Origin: Flavobacteriales bacterium
GTDB lineage: Bacteria > Bacteroidota > Bacteroidia > CAIKAF01
NCBI GenBank assembly: GCA_044376575.1
Contig: JBILKR010000004.1
Location: 49,053-113,052 of the forward strand
DNA: 64,000 nucleotides
Direction: 5' to 3'
The position numbers and the translations under genes were made by a program. This document shows, piece after piece, positions 38,936 through 48,050 of the stretch. Position 1 is the stretch's first letter, and every line of letters starts with the position of its first letter. The notes under the pieces were generated by a model. The model had not been told where the DNA came from. It searched no databases and saw only the letters and a list, made by a program, of their open reading frames with translations.

Positions 38936-39868
38936 TCATTTTGAATTTCTGCTTACTAAAAATACTCCACAGAAAATAAGTAAGCAACTGCTCGCCAGGA
39001 GCCAGTCTAAACTGTCTTTTCCTGCAATAATTGCATGCATGGAAGCAATGGCAGGTTGAACGTAAATGTATATACTTACAATTGATGCATTCAGGTGTTT
39101 AAGCGCATAAATGTTAAACAAATAGGTTATAAATGTTACCCCTAAAATGATATAAGCGGTTTTTAGAATAATATCGGTTGGGAAGCTACTCCAGTTGACT
39201 GCCGTAAATTCATTCCACCCAAAAGGGATAACGAAAATCATTCCGAAAAAGAACATCCATTTGATTACCATCAAGGGAGGGTATTTTCTCATTAATGGTT
39301 TGGCAAGAATCATATAAATAGCATAAGAAAAAGCATTCATCATTACATACATATTGCCTACACTTGTTGCTGAAGTAAAATCAAATTTGAATTGATCTTG
39401 CAAAATCAAACGAAGTGCTCCGAATGCTCCTAAAACAATTCCTATTGATTTTAACCAGGTAAGTTTTTCATTGGCAAGTAATATGCCTATCAGTAAAACA
39501 ACAATTGGGGTTGTTACCATGATGACTGATGCATTGATGGGTGTGGATAAATTTAATCCCATAAAAAACAGCAACTGGTTGGCAGCGACACCAAAAAAAC
39601 CGCCGGCAATAAATCGCCACCAGTCCTTACGATCAATGGAAACAGATGGGTAAAAAGTATGAATCAACCAAAACAAAATATTTGCCCCCAGCACCCTGAT
39701 AAAAATAAATCCTGCCGGCTGAATATATTGAGGCATCACATCTTTGGCAATAACGAAGTTAAGTCCGTAAATTACATTAACCGTGAATAATGCGAGGTGA
39801 GAAAACAATAGTGTTTTTTTATCAGATACAAGCGTATTCACTGAATTAATCTTAATATTGTAATGCAA
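38936..39868 (-). CDS. DMT/EamA family transporter
   Basis: About 10 hydrophobic helices in two EamA-like repeats. Start uncertain. Confidence 0.88.
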   Translation of the reverse strand: MHYNIKINSVNTLVSDKKTLLFSHLALFTVNVIYGLNFVIAKDVMPQYIQPAGFIFIRVLGANILFWLIHTFYPSVSIDRKDWWRFIAGGFFGVAANQLLFFMGLNLSTPINASVIMVTTPIVVLLIGILLANEKLTWLKSIGIVLGAFGALRLILQDQFKFDFTSATSVGNMYVMMNAFSYAIYMILAKPLMRKYPPLMVIKWMFFFGMIFVIPFGWNEFTAVNWSSFPTDIILKTAYIILGVTFITYLFNIYALKHLNASIVSIYIYVQPAIASMHAIIAGKDSLDWLLASSCLLIFCGVFLVSRNSK

Positions 39869-39892
39869 TGTTAAACATTAAAGTGCGGAAGC

Positions 39893-40819
39893 ATGTTTGA
39901 AACACAATTTTTTTCTACCTATTTATTGAACATTGCCATAGCTCTCATCATGTTTGGTATGGGGCTGAGTTTAACCATTCATGATTTCAGAAATATTTTT
40001 TTACATCCCAGGGCTTTGATTATCGGGCTTATAGCACAAATGATTTGGCTTCCGGTATTATCAATCATTATTGCTCTTTTGTTTCCTGTTCCCAATGAAC
40101 TTAAAGTCGGATTAATACTTGTTGCCATTTGTCCGGGAGGAGCAACATCCAATCTGTTGAATTTTTTACTCAAAGGGAATTTGGCACTTTGTGTTTCTCT
40201 CACCTCTATCAATAGTTTTTTGACCCAATTTTCCATTCCTGTTTTTTTTAATCTTGCATTACTTTTTTTCATGCAGAGCAGTTCAAACTATCAACCTGAT
40301 TTTTGGGCAATGGTTTTTCATATTTTATTAATTACTGCAATTCCTGTTGTATTGGGAATTATTTGTCGTCATTTCTTTCAGAATTGGGCTCGTCAGAGTA
40401 AAGAAGTATTCAAATATGCCATGCCTGTGTTACTGGCCATCGCTTTATTGGGAGCCATTTTTTTGGATAAAAAAGAAGAGATTCATGGTGTAACCACAAC
40501 AGATTATCTATTAGTTATACCCATGACGTTGCTGCTTAACCTTGGGGGCTTATTGGGTGGTGCAAAGATTGCACAGATGATGGGGTTGAATAAAAAAGAT
40601 CAGATGACCATTGCCATTGAAGTGGGATTACAAAACACAACTCTTGCCATTGCCATCGCCCTTGGATTTATGCACAATCCGTTGATGGCTACCCCTGCCA
40701 TTGTCTACGCCTTTTTTACTTTTTTCACTACCGCTTTATACGGTATTTGGATATCTGGAATAAAAATTTCTCCGTCTGATATTTTAAACGGAATAAAAAA
40801 TAATAAAACTCAGGATTAG
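39893..40819 (+). CDS. Bile acid:sodium symporter family protein
   Basis: IMFGMGLSL, CPGG..SN, IEVGLQN. Confidence 0.93.
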   Translation: MFETQFFSTYLLNIAIALIMFGMGLSLTIHDFRNIFLHPRALIIGLIAQMIWLPVLSIIIALLFPVPNELKVGLILVAICPGGATSNLLNFLLKGNLALCVSLTSINSFLTQFSIPVFFNLALLFFMQSSSNYQPDFWAMVFHILLITAIPVVLGIICRHFFQNWARQSKEVFKYAMPVLLAIALLGAIFLDKKEEIHGVTTTDYLLVIPMTLLLNLGGLLGGAKIAQMMGLNKKDQMTIAIEVGLQNTTLAIAIALGFMHNPLMATPAIVYAFFTFFTTALYGIWISGIKISPSDILNGIKNNKTQD

Positions 40820-40914
40820 TGGGTTATTCAGAGTGCCCTTGTAACCTTAATTTATCTTTCTGGTATTTTTTATCATTTTTTTTTACAATTTTGAACTCTT
40901 AATAGAATAATACT

Positions 40915-41493
40915 ATGGCAAAAAAAGTGACTAAAAAGGCAGTAGCAAAGAAACCTGTAAAGAAGGCATCAAGGCCTGCCGCGAAGCCAGCAGTTAAACC
41001 TGCAGCTAAATCGCTTGAAATGGATCTGAATGATATTCATGAACTCATAAAGTTCGTTTCTAAAACGGGTGTAGCTGAAGTTGATTTGGAAACATCCGGG
41101 GTAAAGATTGTAATTAAAACGACTTCAAGTTCTCCTGTTGTTCACACATCAATACCTGTTCAACAACCGGTATCTATGCCTGTAGTTCAGGCATCTGCAC
41201 CAGCACAGGACGCACCTAAGCCTGCCGCATCGCCATCAGGAAATGAGTCAAATTTTATTACTATAAAATCACCAATGATTGGTACATTTTATCGTAAGCC
41301 TTCTCCTGATAAACCGTTATTTGTAAATGTAGGAGATACAATTAAACCAGGTAAGGTATTGTGTATCATTGAAGCCATGAAACTATTCAATGAAATTGAA
41401 TCGGAAGTTTCAGGTAAGATTGTAAAGATTCTGGTAGATGATTCATCACCGGTTGAATATGATCAGCCTTTATTTCTTGTTGATCCCAGCTAA
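40915..41493 (+). CDS. accB: Acetyl-CoA carboxylase biotin carboxyl carrier protein with basic N-terminal extension
   Basis: SPMIGTFYR, IEAMKLFNEIE biotinylation motif. Alternative start MDL at 41020. Confidence 0.96.
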   Translation: MAKKVTKKAVAKKPVKKASRPAAKPAVKPAAKSLEMDLNDIHELIKFVSKTGVAEVDLETSGVKIVIKTTSSSPVVHTSIPVQQPVSMPVVQASAPAQDAPKPAASPSGNESNFITIKSPMIGTFYRKPSPDKPLFVNVGDTIKPGKVLCIIEAMKLFNEIESEVSGKIVKILVDDSSPVEYDQPLFLVDPS

Positions 41494-41532
41494 TAGTTGA
41501 GATTTCAGCATTTATAATTAAAACAGTATTTT

Positions 41533-42870
41533 ATGTTTAAAAAAATATTAATTGCCAATAGAGGTGAGATTGCTTTACGCGTAATCAGAACTTGTAAGGA
41601 AATGGGAATTAAAACCGTTGCTGTATATTCAACAGCGGATAAAGAAAGTTTGCCTGTAAGGTTTGCTGATGAAGCAGTTTGTATTGGCCCGCCACCTGGC
41701 AGGGAGTCATATCTGAATATGGCAAACATTATTGCCGCTGCAGAAATTACCAATGCAGATGCTATCCATCCAGGATATGGTTTCTTAAGTGAGAATTCAA
41801 AGTTCTCAAAAATATGTCAGGAAAACGGTATTAAGTTTATTGGTCCTACTCCGGAGATGATAGATTCTATGGGAGACAAGGCTAGTGCTAAAGCAACCAT
41901 GAAGGCTGCCGGTGTTCCCACTATTCCCGGATCAGATGGATTGCTGGACACATTAAAAGAAGCGCATAAAGTAGCAAAAGAGATAGGTTATCCTGTAATC
42001 ATTAAAGCAACTGCAGGTGGTGGTGGTAAAGGAATGCGCGTACTATGGAATGATAAAGACCTCGATCAGCAATGGGATAAAGCTCGTCAGGAAGCAGGGG
42101 CTGCTTTTGGAAACGACGGGATGTATATGGAAAAGTTTATTGAAGAACCTCGCCATATCGAAATTCAAATTGCGGGAGATCAGTTTGGAAAAGTATGTCA
42201 CCTGAGTGAGAGAGATTGTTCTATTCAGCGCCGTCATCAAAAACTGGTGGAAGAAACACCATCTCCGTTTATGACTAAAGAGCTTCGTCTTAAAATGGGT
42301 GAAGCAGCCATAAAAGCAGGAGAAGCTATTCGTTATGAAGGTGTTGGAACAATAGAGTTTCTTGTAGATAAACACAGGAATTTTTATTTCATGGAAATGA
42401 ATACAAGAATTCAGGTAGAGCATCCTATTACTGAAGAAGTAATTAACTATGACCTGATCAAGGAGCAAATTAAAATTGCAGCAGGAATAAAAATTTCAGG
42501 AAAGAATTATTTCCCTGAAATGCATGCCATTGAATGTCGTATCAATGCCGAAGATCCACATAATGATTTTCGTCCGAGTCCAGGAAAAATTACACATTAT
42601 CATTCACCCGGTGGTCATGGAGTAAGAGTAGATACCCACGCATATGCCGGATATATAATTCCACCTTATTACGATTCAATGATTGGGAAACTGATTGTTG
42701 TGCATCAGAGCAGGGAGGAGGCCATTGATACAATGTTGCGTGCGTTACAGGAATATGTAATTGAAGGTGTAAAAACAACCATTCCATTTCATATACAGTT
42801 AATGCAAAATGAAGATTTCCGAAAAGGAAATTATACGACCAAGTTTTTAGAAGATTTTAATTTGAAATAA
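41533..42870 (+). CDS. accC: Biotin carboxylase
   Basis: [37 protein letters not shown]. Confidence 0.98.
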   Translation: MFKKILIANRGEIALRVIRTCKEMGIKTVAVYSTADKESLPVRFADEAVCIGPPPGRESYLNMANIIAAAEITNADAIHPGYGFLSENSKFSKICQENGIKFIGPTPEMIDSMGDKASAKATMKAAGVPTIPGSDGLLDTLKEAHKVAKEIGYPVIIKATAGGGGKGMRVLWNDKDLDQQWDKARQEAGAAFGNDGMYMEKFIEEPRHIEIQIAGDQFGKVCHLSERDCSIQRRHQKLVEETPSPFMTKELRLKMGEAAIKAGEAIRYEGVGTIEFLVDKHRNFYFMEMNTRIQVEHPITEEVINYDLIKEQIKIAAGIKISGKNYFPEMHAIECRINAEDPHNDFRPSPGKITHYHSPGGHGVRVDTHAYAGYIIPPYYDSMIGKLIVVHQSREEAIDTMLRALQEYVIEGVKTTIPFHIQLMQNEDFRKGNYTTKFLEDFNLK

Positions 42871-42903
42871 AAAAATAGCCCGAAATTTTCGGGCTATTTT
42901 TTT
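42868..42903. terminator. Bidirectional intrinsic terminator
   Basis: AAAAATAGCCCGAAA-T-TTTCGGGCTATTTTT between convergent genes. Confidence 0.88.
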
Positions 42904-43420
42904 ATAATTTTTTCTTTTTATAAACGGGAACCGTACTGCAGGGTTCTCCATACATTAAGCTTTGTACTTCGGCTTGTAGCATTGAGGTAATTGTAACATA
43001 AACTGAAACCGGAATAGGATCATCTCCACATCCTTTGATAACTACACGACGGTTTGTAAATGAAGATACATCCAACTTATTTTTGATGTTATTGATCCAT
43101 TGCTCTTCAATCCATGTTTCAGGTTTTCCGAAATGAATTTCTTTAGCGAAAGGCAAGAGGGCAGAGGTTAATAACATATAGGCCCAGTTGGGAATAATTG
43201 CATCAGCAGAACAATACAGAAAAACAATTTTCTCTGCATACGAACTAAAGTCAGTGGCGTGTAACTGTTCTCTGAAATCTTTTTCTTTAAGAATAAGTTC
43301 CTGAAACAAAAATGGTTTTAAATCAATCGAATCAACAGCACTAAGCGAAGGTTTGAATTCTTCGGGGTTAATAGTTATAATACCACTTTGTTCAACTTTA
43401 TTTACTATGCTTTCAGTCAT
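42902..43420 (-). CDS. DUF2480 family protein
   Basis: IVNKV..SG, LKEKDFR, CSADAIIP.WAYML, IKGC, MYGEPCSTVP. Confidence 0.85.
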   Translation of the reverse strand: MTESIVNKVEQSGIITINPEEFKPSLSAVDSIDLKPFLFQELILKEKDFREQLHATDFSSYAEKIVFLYCSADAIIPNWAYMLLTSALLPFAKEIHFGKPETWIEEQWINNIKNKLDVSSFTNRRVVIKGCGDDPIPVSVYVTITSMLQAEVQSLMYGEPCSTVPVYKKKKL

Positions 43421-43421
43421 T

Positions 43422-43874
43422 TTATGAATTCAGTAATCGCTTAACAGTATCTGATATTCTTTTCCCTTCTGCTTTTCCGGATAATTTTTTTGTAGCTACT
43501 CCCATCACTTTGCCCATGTCCTGTGGACCGGAAGCACCCACTTCCTGTATAATTTCCCGAATTATATTTTCCAGTTCTTCATCATTCATTTGTGCCGGAA
43601 GATAAGTTGAGATGGCATCCATTTGTATTTTTTCTTCTGCTGCCAAATCTTCTCTTTGCTGTTGCATATAGATTTCGTAAGAATCTTTTCGCTGTTTGAC
43701 AAGTTTTTGCAATAGTTGTATTTCTGTTTCTTCGGTTAAATTTTCACCACCACCTTTTTCTGTTTTGGCTAATAAAATGGCTGATTTCACTGCTCGCAAT
43801 GCATTTAGTTTTGCACTGTCTTTGGCAATCATAGCTTTTTTTATGTCCTCATTTATTTTGATTTCAAGACTCAT
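43422..43874 (-). CDS. GatB/YqeY domain protein
   Basis: D.K.AM.AKD, KQRKDS, YLP.Q, DMGKVMG. Confidence 0.93.
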   Translation of the reverse strand: MSLEIKINEDIKKAMIAKDSAKLNALRAVKSAILLAKTEKGGGENLTEETEIQLLQKLVKQRKDSYEIYMQQQREDLAAEEKIQMDAISTYLPAQMNDEELENIIREIIQEVGASGPQDMGKVMGVATKKLSGKAEGKRISDTVKRLLNS

Positions 43875-43940
43875 AAAATATTTTTTTTCAAATGTATAAT
43901 AAGATATTGTCTGTTCCTATCAATTACTTATTAAAAAGGA

Positions 43941-44993
43941 CTAAAACCAATCTGATTTTTTCAGGTAGTTTTCAATCAGAACAGGCACTGCAAATTTTTC
44001 TATTTTTTCTACAGGAACAGAAATCCAATGCTTTGGTATGTTTTTAATATTGGCATTGATTTCGATAAATGACGCATGTATAATTCGGTGTGTGAGTACA
44101 TGTTTTGTGCCTTCTGAAAAATGATGAATCACCGGCCTTGTTTTCCCAAGCCATTTTTTCAACTCAGGATGTTGAATGAGTGTTTCAATATCAATTCTAT
44201 TTTCTGATTCAATTAACGGAAACTGATATAGTTGTTTCCAGATATCATTTCCGGTTCTTTTTTCTATGAATGTTTGATGCTTATTGTCTTTAATGATAAT
44301 GTAATTGAAATACCTGTGTTTGATTTTTGTTTTTGATTTTTTGTAAGGCAACTCATTAACGCAATTATTCTCATAAGCAAAGCATGTAGTATTAAATACA
44401 CAATTATTGCATGAAGGATTTTTAGGTTTACATTGTAATGCACCGAATTCCATTATCGCCTGATTAAAATCAGCGGCTCTTGAAGGATTAAAAACTTCAT
44501 CAATAACTAATTTAATTTTTTTTAGTCCACGTGTTTCATTGATTGGCTCTTTAATTCCTGCAAATCGGCTGATGAAACGACTTACATTTCCATCTACCAC
44601 CGGATGTGGTAAATTAAAAGCAAAACTACCAATAGCGGCAGCAGTGTATTCTCCAATTCCTTTTAAATTTAAAATGTCTTGATATTTATTAGGAAATTTA
44701 CCATGATGAATTTCTACAATTTGTTGCGCAGCAAAATGTAAATTTCTTGCACGTGAATAATAACCCAATCCTTGCCAGGTTTTTAAAACATCACTTTCGT
44801 CTGCATTTGCAAGCGATTCAATGGTTGGATATTTCTCAATAAAACGATAGTAATAATCGATTCCCTGATTAACTCTTGTTTGTTGTAATATTATTTCAGA
44901 TAACCAGATATGATATGGATCATTAGTATTTCTCCACGGTAAATTGCGGTGATGTTCTTCATACCAGTTATATAGTTTGCTGAAAAAATTCAT
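43941..44993 (-). CDS. mutY: A/G-specific adenine glycosylase
   Basis: R.LPWR, SEI.LQQT, W.GLGYY.RARN, GIGEYTA, 4Fe-4S C-x6-C-x2-C-x5-C. Confidence 0.97.
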   Translation of the reverse strand: MNFFSKLYNWYEEHHRNLPWRNTNDPYHIWLSEIILQQTRVNQGIDYYYRFIEKYPTIESLANADESDVLKTWQGLGYYSRARNLHFAAQQIVEIHHGKFPNKYQDILNLKGIGEYTAAAIGSFAFNLPHPVVDGNVSRFISRFAGIKEPINETRGLKKIKLVIDEVFNPSRAADFNQAIMEFGALQCKPKNPSCNNCVFNTTCFAYENNCVNELPYKKSKTKIKHRYFNYIIIKDNKHQTFIEKRTGNDIWKQLYQFPLIESENRIDIETLIQHPELKKWLGKTRPVIHHFSEGTKHVLTHRIIHASFIEINANIKNIPKHWISVPVEKIEKFAVPVLIENYLKKSDWF

Positions 44994-45004
44994 AATTCTC
45001 AGAA

Positions 45005-45059
45005 CAAAGATATATTTAGGTTGTTTAACAATGTATAAAGAATAGAATTGTTACATTTG
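45005..45059. promoter_or_regulatory. Divergent -7 promoter boxes for mutY and HU
   Basis: Minus strand TATCTTTG at 45005-45012, plus strand TACATTTG at 45052-45059. Confidence 0.6.
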
Positions 45060-45093
45060 TGAAAAGTTTGAAATTCTAAAAAATAGTTGAGTT

Positions 45094-45378
45094 ATGACAA
45101 AAGCAGACATTGTGAATCAAATTGCTGATTCAACAGGGATTGAAAAAGTAGCTGTTCAGACTACAGTTGAGGCTTTTATGAAAGCAGTCAAGGAATCTAT
45201 GGTAAATGGAAATAATGTTTACCTGAGAGGTTTTGGAAGTTTCATAATTAAAAAAAGAGCTGAAAAGAAGGGGAGAAATATTTCAAAAAATACAACCATT
45301 CTAATTCCTGAGCATAATATTCCGGCATTTAAACCTGCCAAATCATTTGCAAGCCAGGTGAAAAGAAAAACTAAGTAA
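45094..45378 (+). CDS. hup: HU/IHF family DNA-binding protein
   Basis: MTKADIV, LRGFGSF, IPAFKP. Confidence 0.95.
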   Translation: MTKADIVNQIADSTGIEKVAVQTTVEAFMKAVKESMVNGNNVYLRGFGSFIIKKRAEKKGRNISKNTTILIPEHNIPAFKPAKSFASQVKRKTK

Positions 45379-45414
45379 TTTTCATTAATACCCTGCCGTA
45401 CTAATGGGTAGGAT

Positions 45415-46269
45415 ATGAGTTTTTTTAAAAATAAAGGAAAGATACTTCAGATATTGTTGATTATTTCAGCGATATCTGTTTTTCTATTGTTATATTTTCT
45501 ACCTAAGAATTATTCCATCACAAAAATTAAGGAAGAACAAAAAGTAGAAACTAAAAATGATATTTCACGTCAGATTAATGAGGTGAAAAAAGAATTAGAT
45601 TCAACTTCGCTTATCAGATTAACCGGTTTCGAAACTTTATATTCAACAACTCAGGGAGTAATTAAGGTAGGTTATCTTGATTCAATTATCAGGTTTTGGG
45701 ATATTCAAATGCGACCTGCTATTGCTGCTATATATGCTGAAGAAAAAGCAGCGCTGGTGAATACTGATGATATGTGGCTGGAGTCTGGAAATCGATATTT
45801 GCAAATGGCATCATTACTTGAGGAAAAAGATAAGGCTTGGGCATATCAAAGGGGAAAAGAAGTATTTGAAAAGATTATCGCCAAAAGCCCCGATAATACA
45901 GATGCAAAAATCGGTTTAGGCGTATGTATAGTGGAGTCTGGGCTTGGAAGTCCGATGGAAGGAATTACACTAATACGTCAAGTGCTTGAAAAAGACCCAA
46001 ATAATCTGAAAGCAATTTTACAATTAGGACATTTTTCTGTATTTTCGGGCCAGTTTGCAAAAGCCATTGAAAGATATAAGCAGGCCATTCAGATTAATCC
46101 GGAGTTGGATGAGGCTTATTTTTATTTAGGAGATACTTTTGCAAAGATGGGTGAGACGGATTCGGCCGTTGTATATTTGAATAGGTATAAAAATATGCAG
46201 CAAGAGCCCGTTGTAATTGAAAAAATTACAGAATATATTAATGAAATTAAAACAAAGTCAAACAATTAA
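45415..46269 (+). CDS. Membrane-anchored tetratricopeptide repeat protein
   Basis: N-terminal TM helix, TPR-like A...Y..AI...P repeats. Confidence 0.85.
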   Translation: MSFFKNKGKILQILLIISAISVFLLLYFLPKNYSITKIKEEQKVETKNDISRQINEVKKELDSTSLIRLTGFETLYSTTQGVIKVGYLDSIIRFWDIQMRPAIAAIYAEEKAALVNTDDMWLESGNRYLQMASLLEEKDKAWAYQRGKEVFEKIIAKSPDNTDAKIGLGVCIVESGLGSPMEGITLIRQVLEKDPNNLKAILQLGHFSVFSGQFAKAIERYKQAIQINPELDEAYFYLGDTFAKMGETDSAVVYLNRYKNMQQEPVVIEKITEYINEIKTKSNN

Positions 46270-46280
46270 AACGAATTGGT

Positions 46281-46376
46281 ATGCCAAGTGGTAAAAAAAG
46301 AAAAAGAAGCAAAATGAATACGCATAAAAGAAAAAAAAGATTGCGTAAAAACAGACATAAGAAGAAGAATCGCTAG
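46281..46376 (+). CDS. 30S ribosomal protein bS22 (AURKAIP1/COX24-like), 31 aa, absent from the ORF track
   Basis: Hand translation MPSGKKRKRSKMNTHKRKKRLRKNRHKKKNR*, located between the TPR gene and rne. Confidence 0.88.
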   Translation: MPSGKKRKRSKMNTHKRKKRLRKNRHKKKNR

Positions 46377-46432
46377 TATTTAAGCGACTTCAGATTTTTT
46401 CATAGCCGTTACAATACTAAAATTTTAAAACC

Positions 46433-47992
46433 GTGAGCAACGATTTAATAGTAAACGTTTCTCCGGAAGAAGTTTCCATTGCACTTCTCAGAGGGAAAGA
46501 TCTGACTGAGTTCAACAGAGAGAAAAATAATTACGCATTCAATGTGGGTGATTATTATCTGGCAAAAGTTTCAAGGGTTATTCCCAATTTAAATGCTGCT
46601 TTTGTAGATGTTGGATATGAGAAAGATGCTTTTCTGCATTATTTAGATTTAGGACCTCAAATTAAGTCCTTGAATAAATATGTGCAGGATGCCATCAGCG
46701 GGAAACAAAAATCTTCAAACCTGATGTATTTCAAGTTTGAGCCGGAGATACAGAAAGATGGGAAAATGGGCGATGTAATTAAGCCCGGCCAGCATGTGCT
46801 GGTTAAAATTGCAAAAGAACCGATATCTCAAAAAGGACCAAGATTAAGTTGTGAACTTTCATTACCTGGAAGATTCATTGTATTGGTTCCTTTTGCTGAT
46901 AAAATTTCAGTTTCAAGTAAAATACGCGATGCCGCTGAAAGAGACAGATTGAAAAAAATTATTCAATCTGTGATTCCTAAAAATTTCGGGGCTATCGTGA
47001 GAACTGCCGCTGAAAACCAAAAGTTATCAGATCTTGAAAAAGATATGAATGATTTGGTTTCAAGGTGGGATTCTGCATTTGAGAAAATCAAAGAAGCTAA
47101 AGCACCTGAAAAGGTATTAGGTGAATTTAATCGCGCAACTACCATGCTTCGAGACATGGTAAATAAAAATTTCACTTTTGATCATATCTACGTTAACGAC
47201 AAAAATTACTTTGAAGAGATCAAAAATTACATTACTGTAAATTTTCCCGATAAGGAAAAAGATGTGAAGTTTTTTCAGGGTAAGGTTCCTGTCTTCGAGC
47301 ATTTTGGAGTAAATAAGCAAATAAAAACATTATTTGGACGAAACGTTCCTTTAAAAAGTGGAGCCTATCTTATCATTGAACATACCGAAGCGTTACATGT
47401 AATTGATGTAAATAGCGGAAACAATGTTAAGTCTGGAGAAAATCAGGAGAATAGCGCACTTGCTGTCAATCTTGAGGCTGCCGATGAGATTGCCCGCCAG
47501 TTAAGGTTAAGAGATATGGGTGGAATCATCGTAGTCGATTTTATTGATATGTACAGAATGGAGAATAAAAAAGAACTGTACAAAAGAATGAAGACTGCAA
47601 TGAAAGATGATAAAGCGAAACATAATGTTTTACCACCATCTAAAATAGGTCTCATTCAAATTACCAGAGAGCGTGTTCGTCCTCAGATTAATATTGAAAC
47701 AACAGAAGTATGCCCATCTTGCTCAGGCACAGGTAAAGTATCTGCTTCACTGGTTTTGGTCGATGAAATAAAAATCAAGCTTAAAAATTTACTGGATGAT
47801 CCATCCATTAGTAAACCAATCAAAGTATTTGTCCATCCATTTGTTGAGGCATATTTAAAAAAGGGATTTTTCTTTACCACTTATAAATCCTGGAGAAAGG
47901 AATTCAAAAAGCAATTTACACTGGAAGGTCGTGATTCTTATCAGTTTTTAGAATATCGTTTTTTTGATCAGCAGGATCAGGAAATCAATTAA
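46433..47992 (+). CDS. rng: Rne/Rng family ribonuclease
   Basis: AAFVDVG, IDVNSG, RQLRLRDMGGIIVVDFIDM, CPSC.G.G. GTG start. Confidence 0.95.
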   Translation: MSNDLIVNVSPEEVSIALLRGKDLTEFNREKNNYAFNVGDYYLAKVSRVIPNLNAAFVDVGYEKDAFLHYLDLGPQIKSLNKYVQDAISGKQKSSNLMYFKFEPEIQKDGKMGDVIKPGQHVLVKIAKEPISQKGPRLSCELSLPGRFIVLVPFADKISVSSKIRDAAERDRLKKIIQSVIPKNFGAIVRTAAENQKLSDLEKDMNDLVSRWDSAFEKIKEAKAPEKVLGEFNRATTMLRDMVNKNFTFDHIYVNDKNYFEEIKNYITVNFPDKEKDVKFFQGKVPVFEHFGVNKQIKTLFGRNVPLKSGAYLIIEHTEALHVIDVNSGNNVKSGENQENSALAVNLEAADEIARQLRLRDMGGIIVVDFIDMYRMENKKELYKRMKTAMKDDKAKHNVLPPSKIGLIQITRERVRPQINIETTEVCPSCSGTGKVSASLVLVDEIKIKLKNLLDDPSISKPIKVFVHPFVEAYLKKGFFFTTYKSWRKEFKKQFTLEGRDSYQFLEYRFFDQQDQEIN

Positions 47993-47993
47993 A

Positions 47994-48026
47994 AAAAAAG
48001 GGGATGAAATTTTCATCCCCTTTTTT
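47994..48026. terminator. Bidirectional intrinsic terminator
   Basis: AAAAAAGGGGATGAAA-T-TTTCATCCCCTTTTTT. Confidence 0.88.
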
Positions 48027-48050
48027 ATGTTTAATTTTTCAATATTTCAT

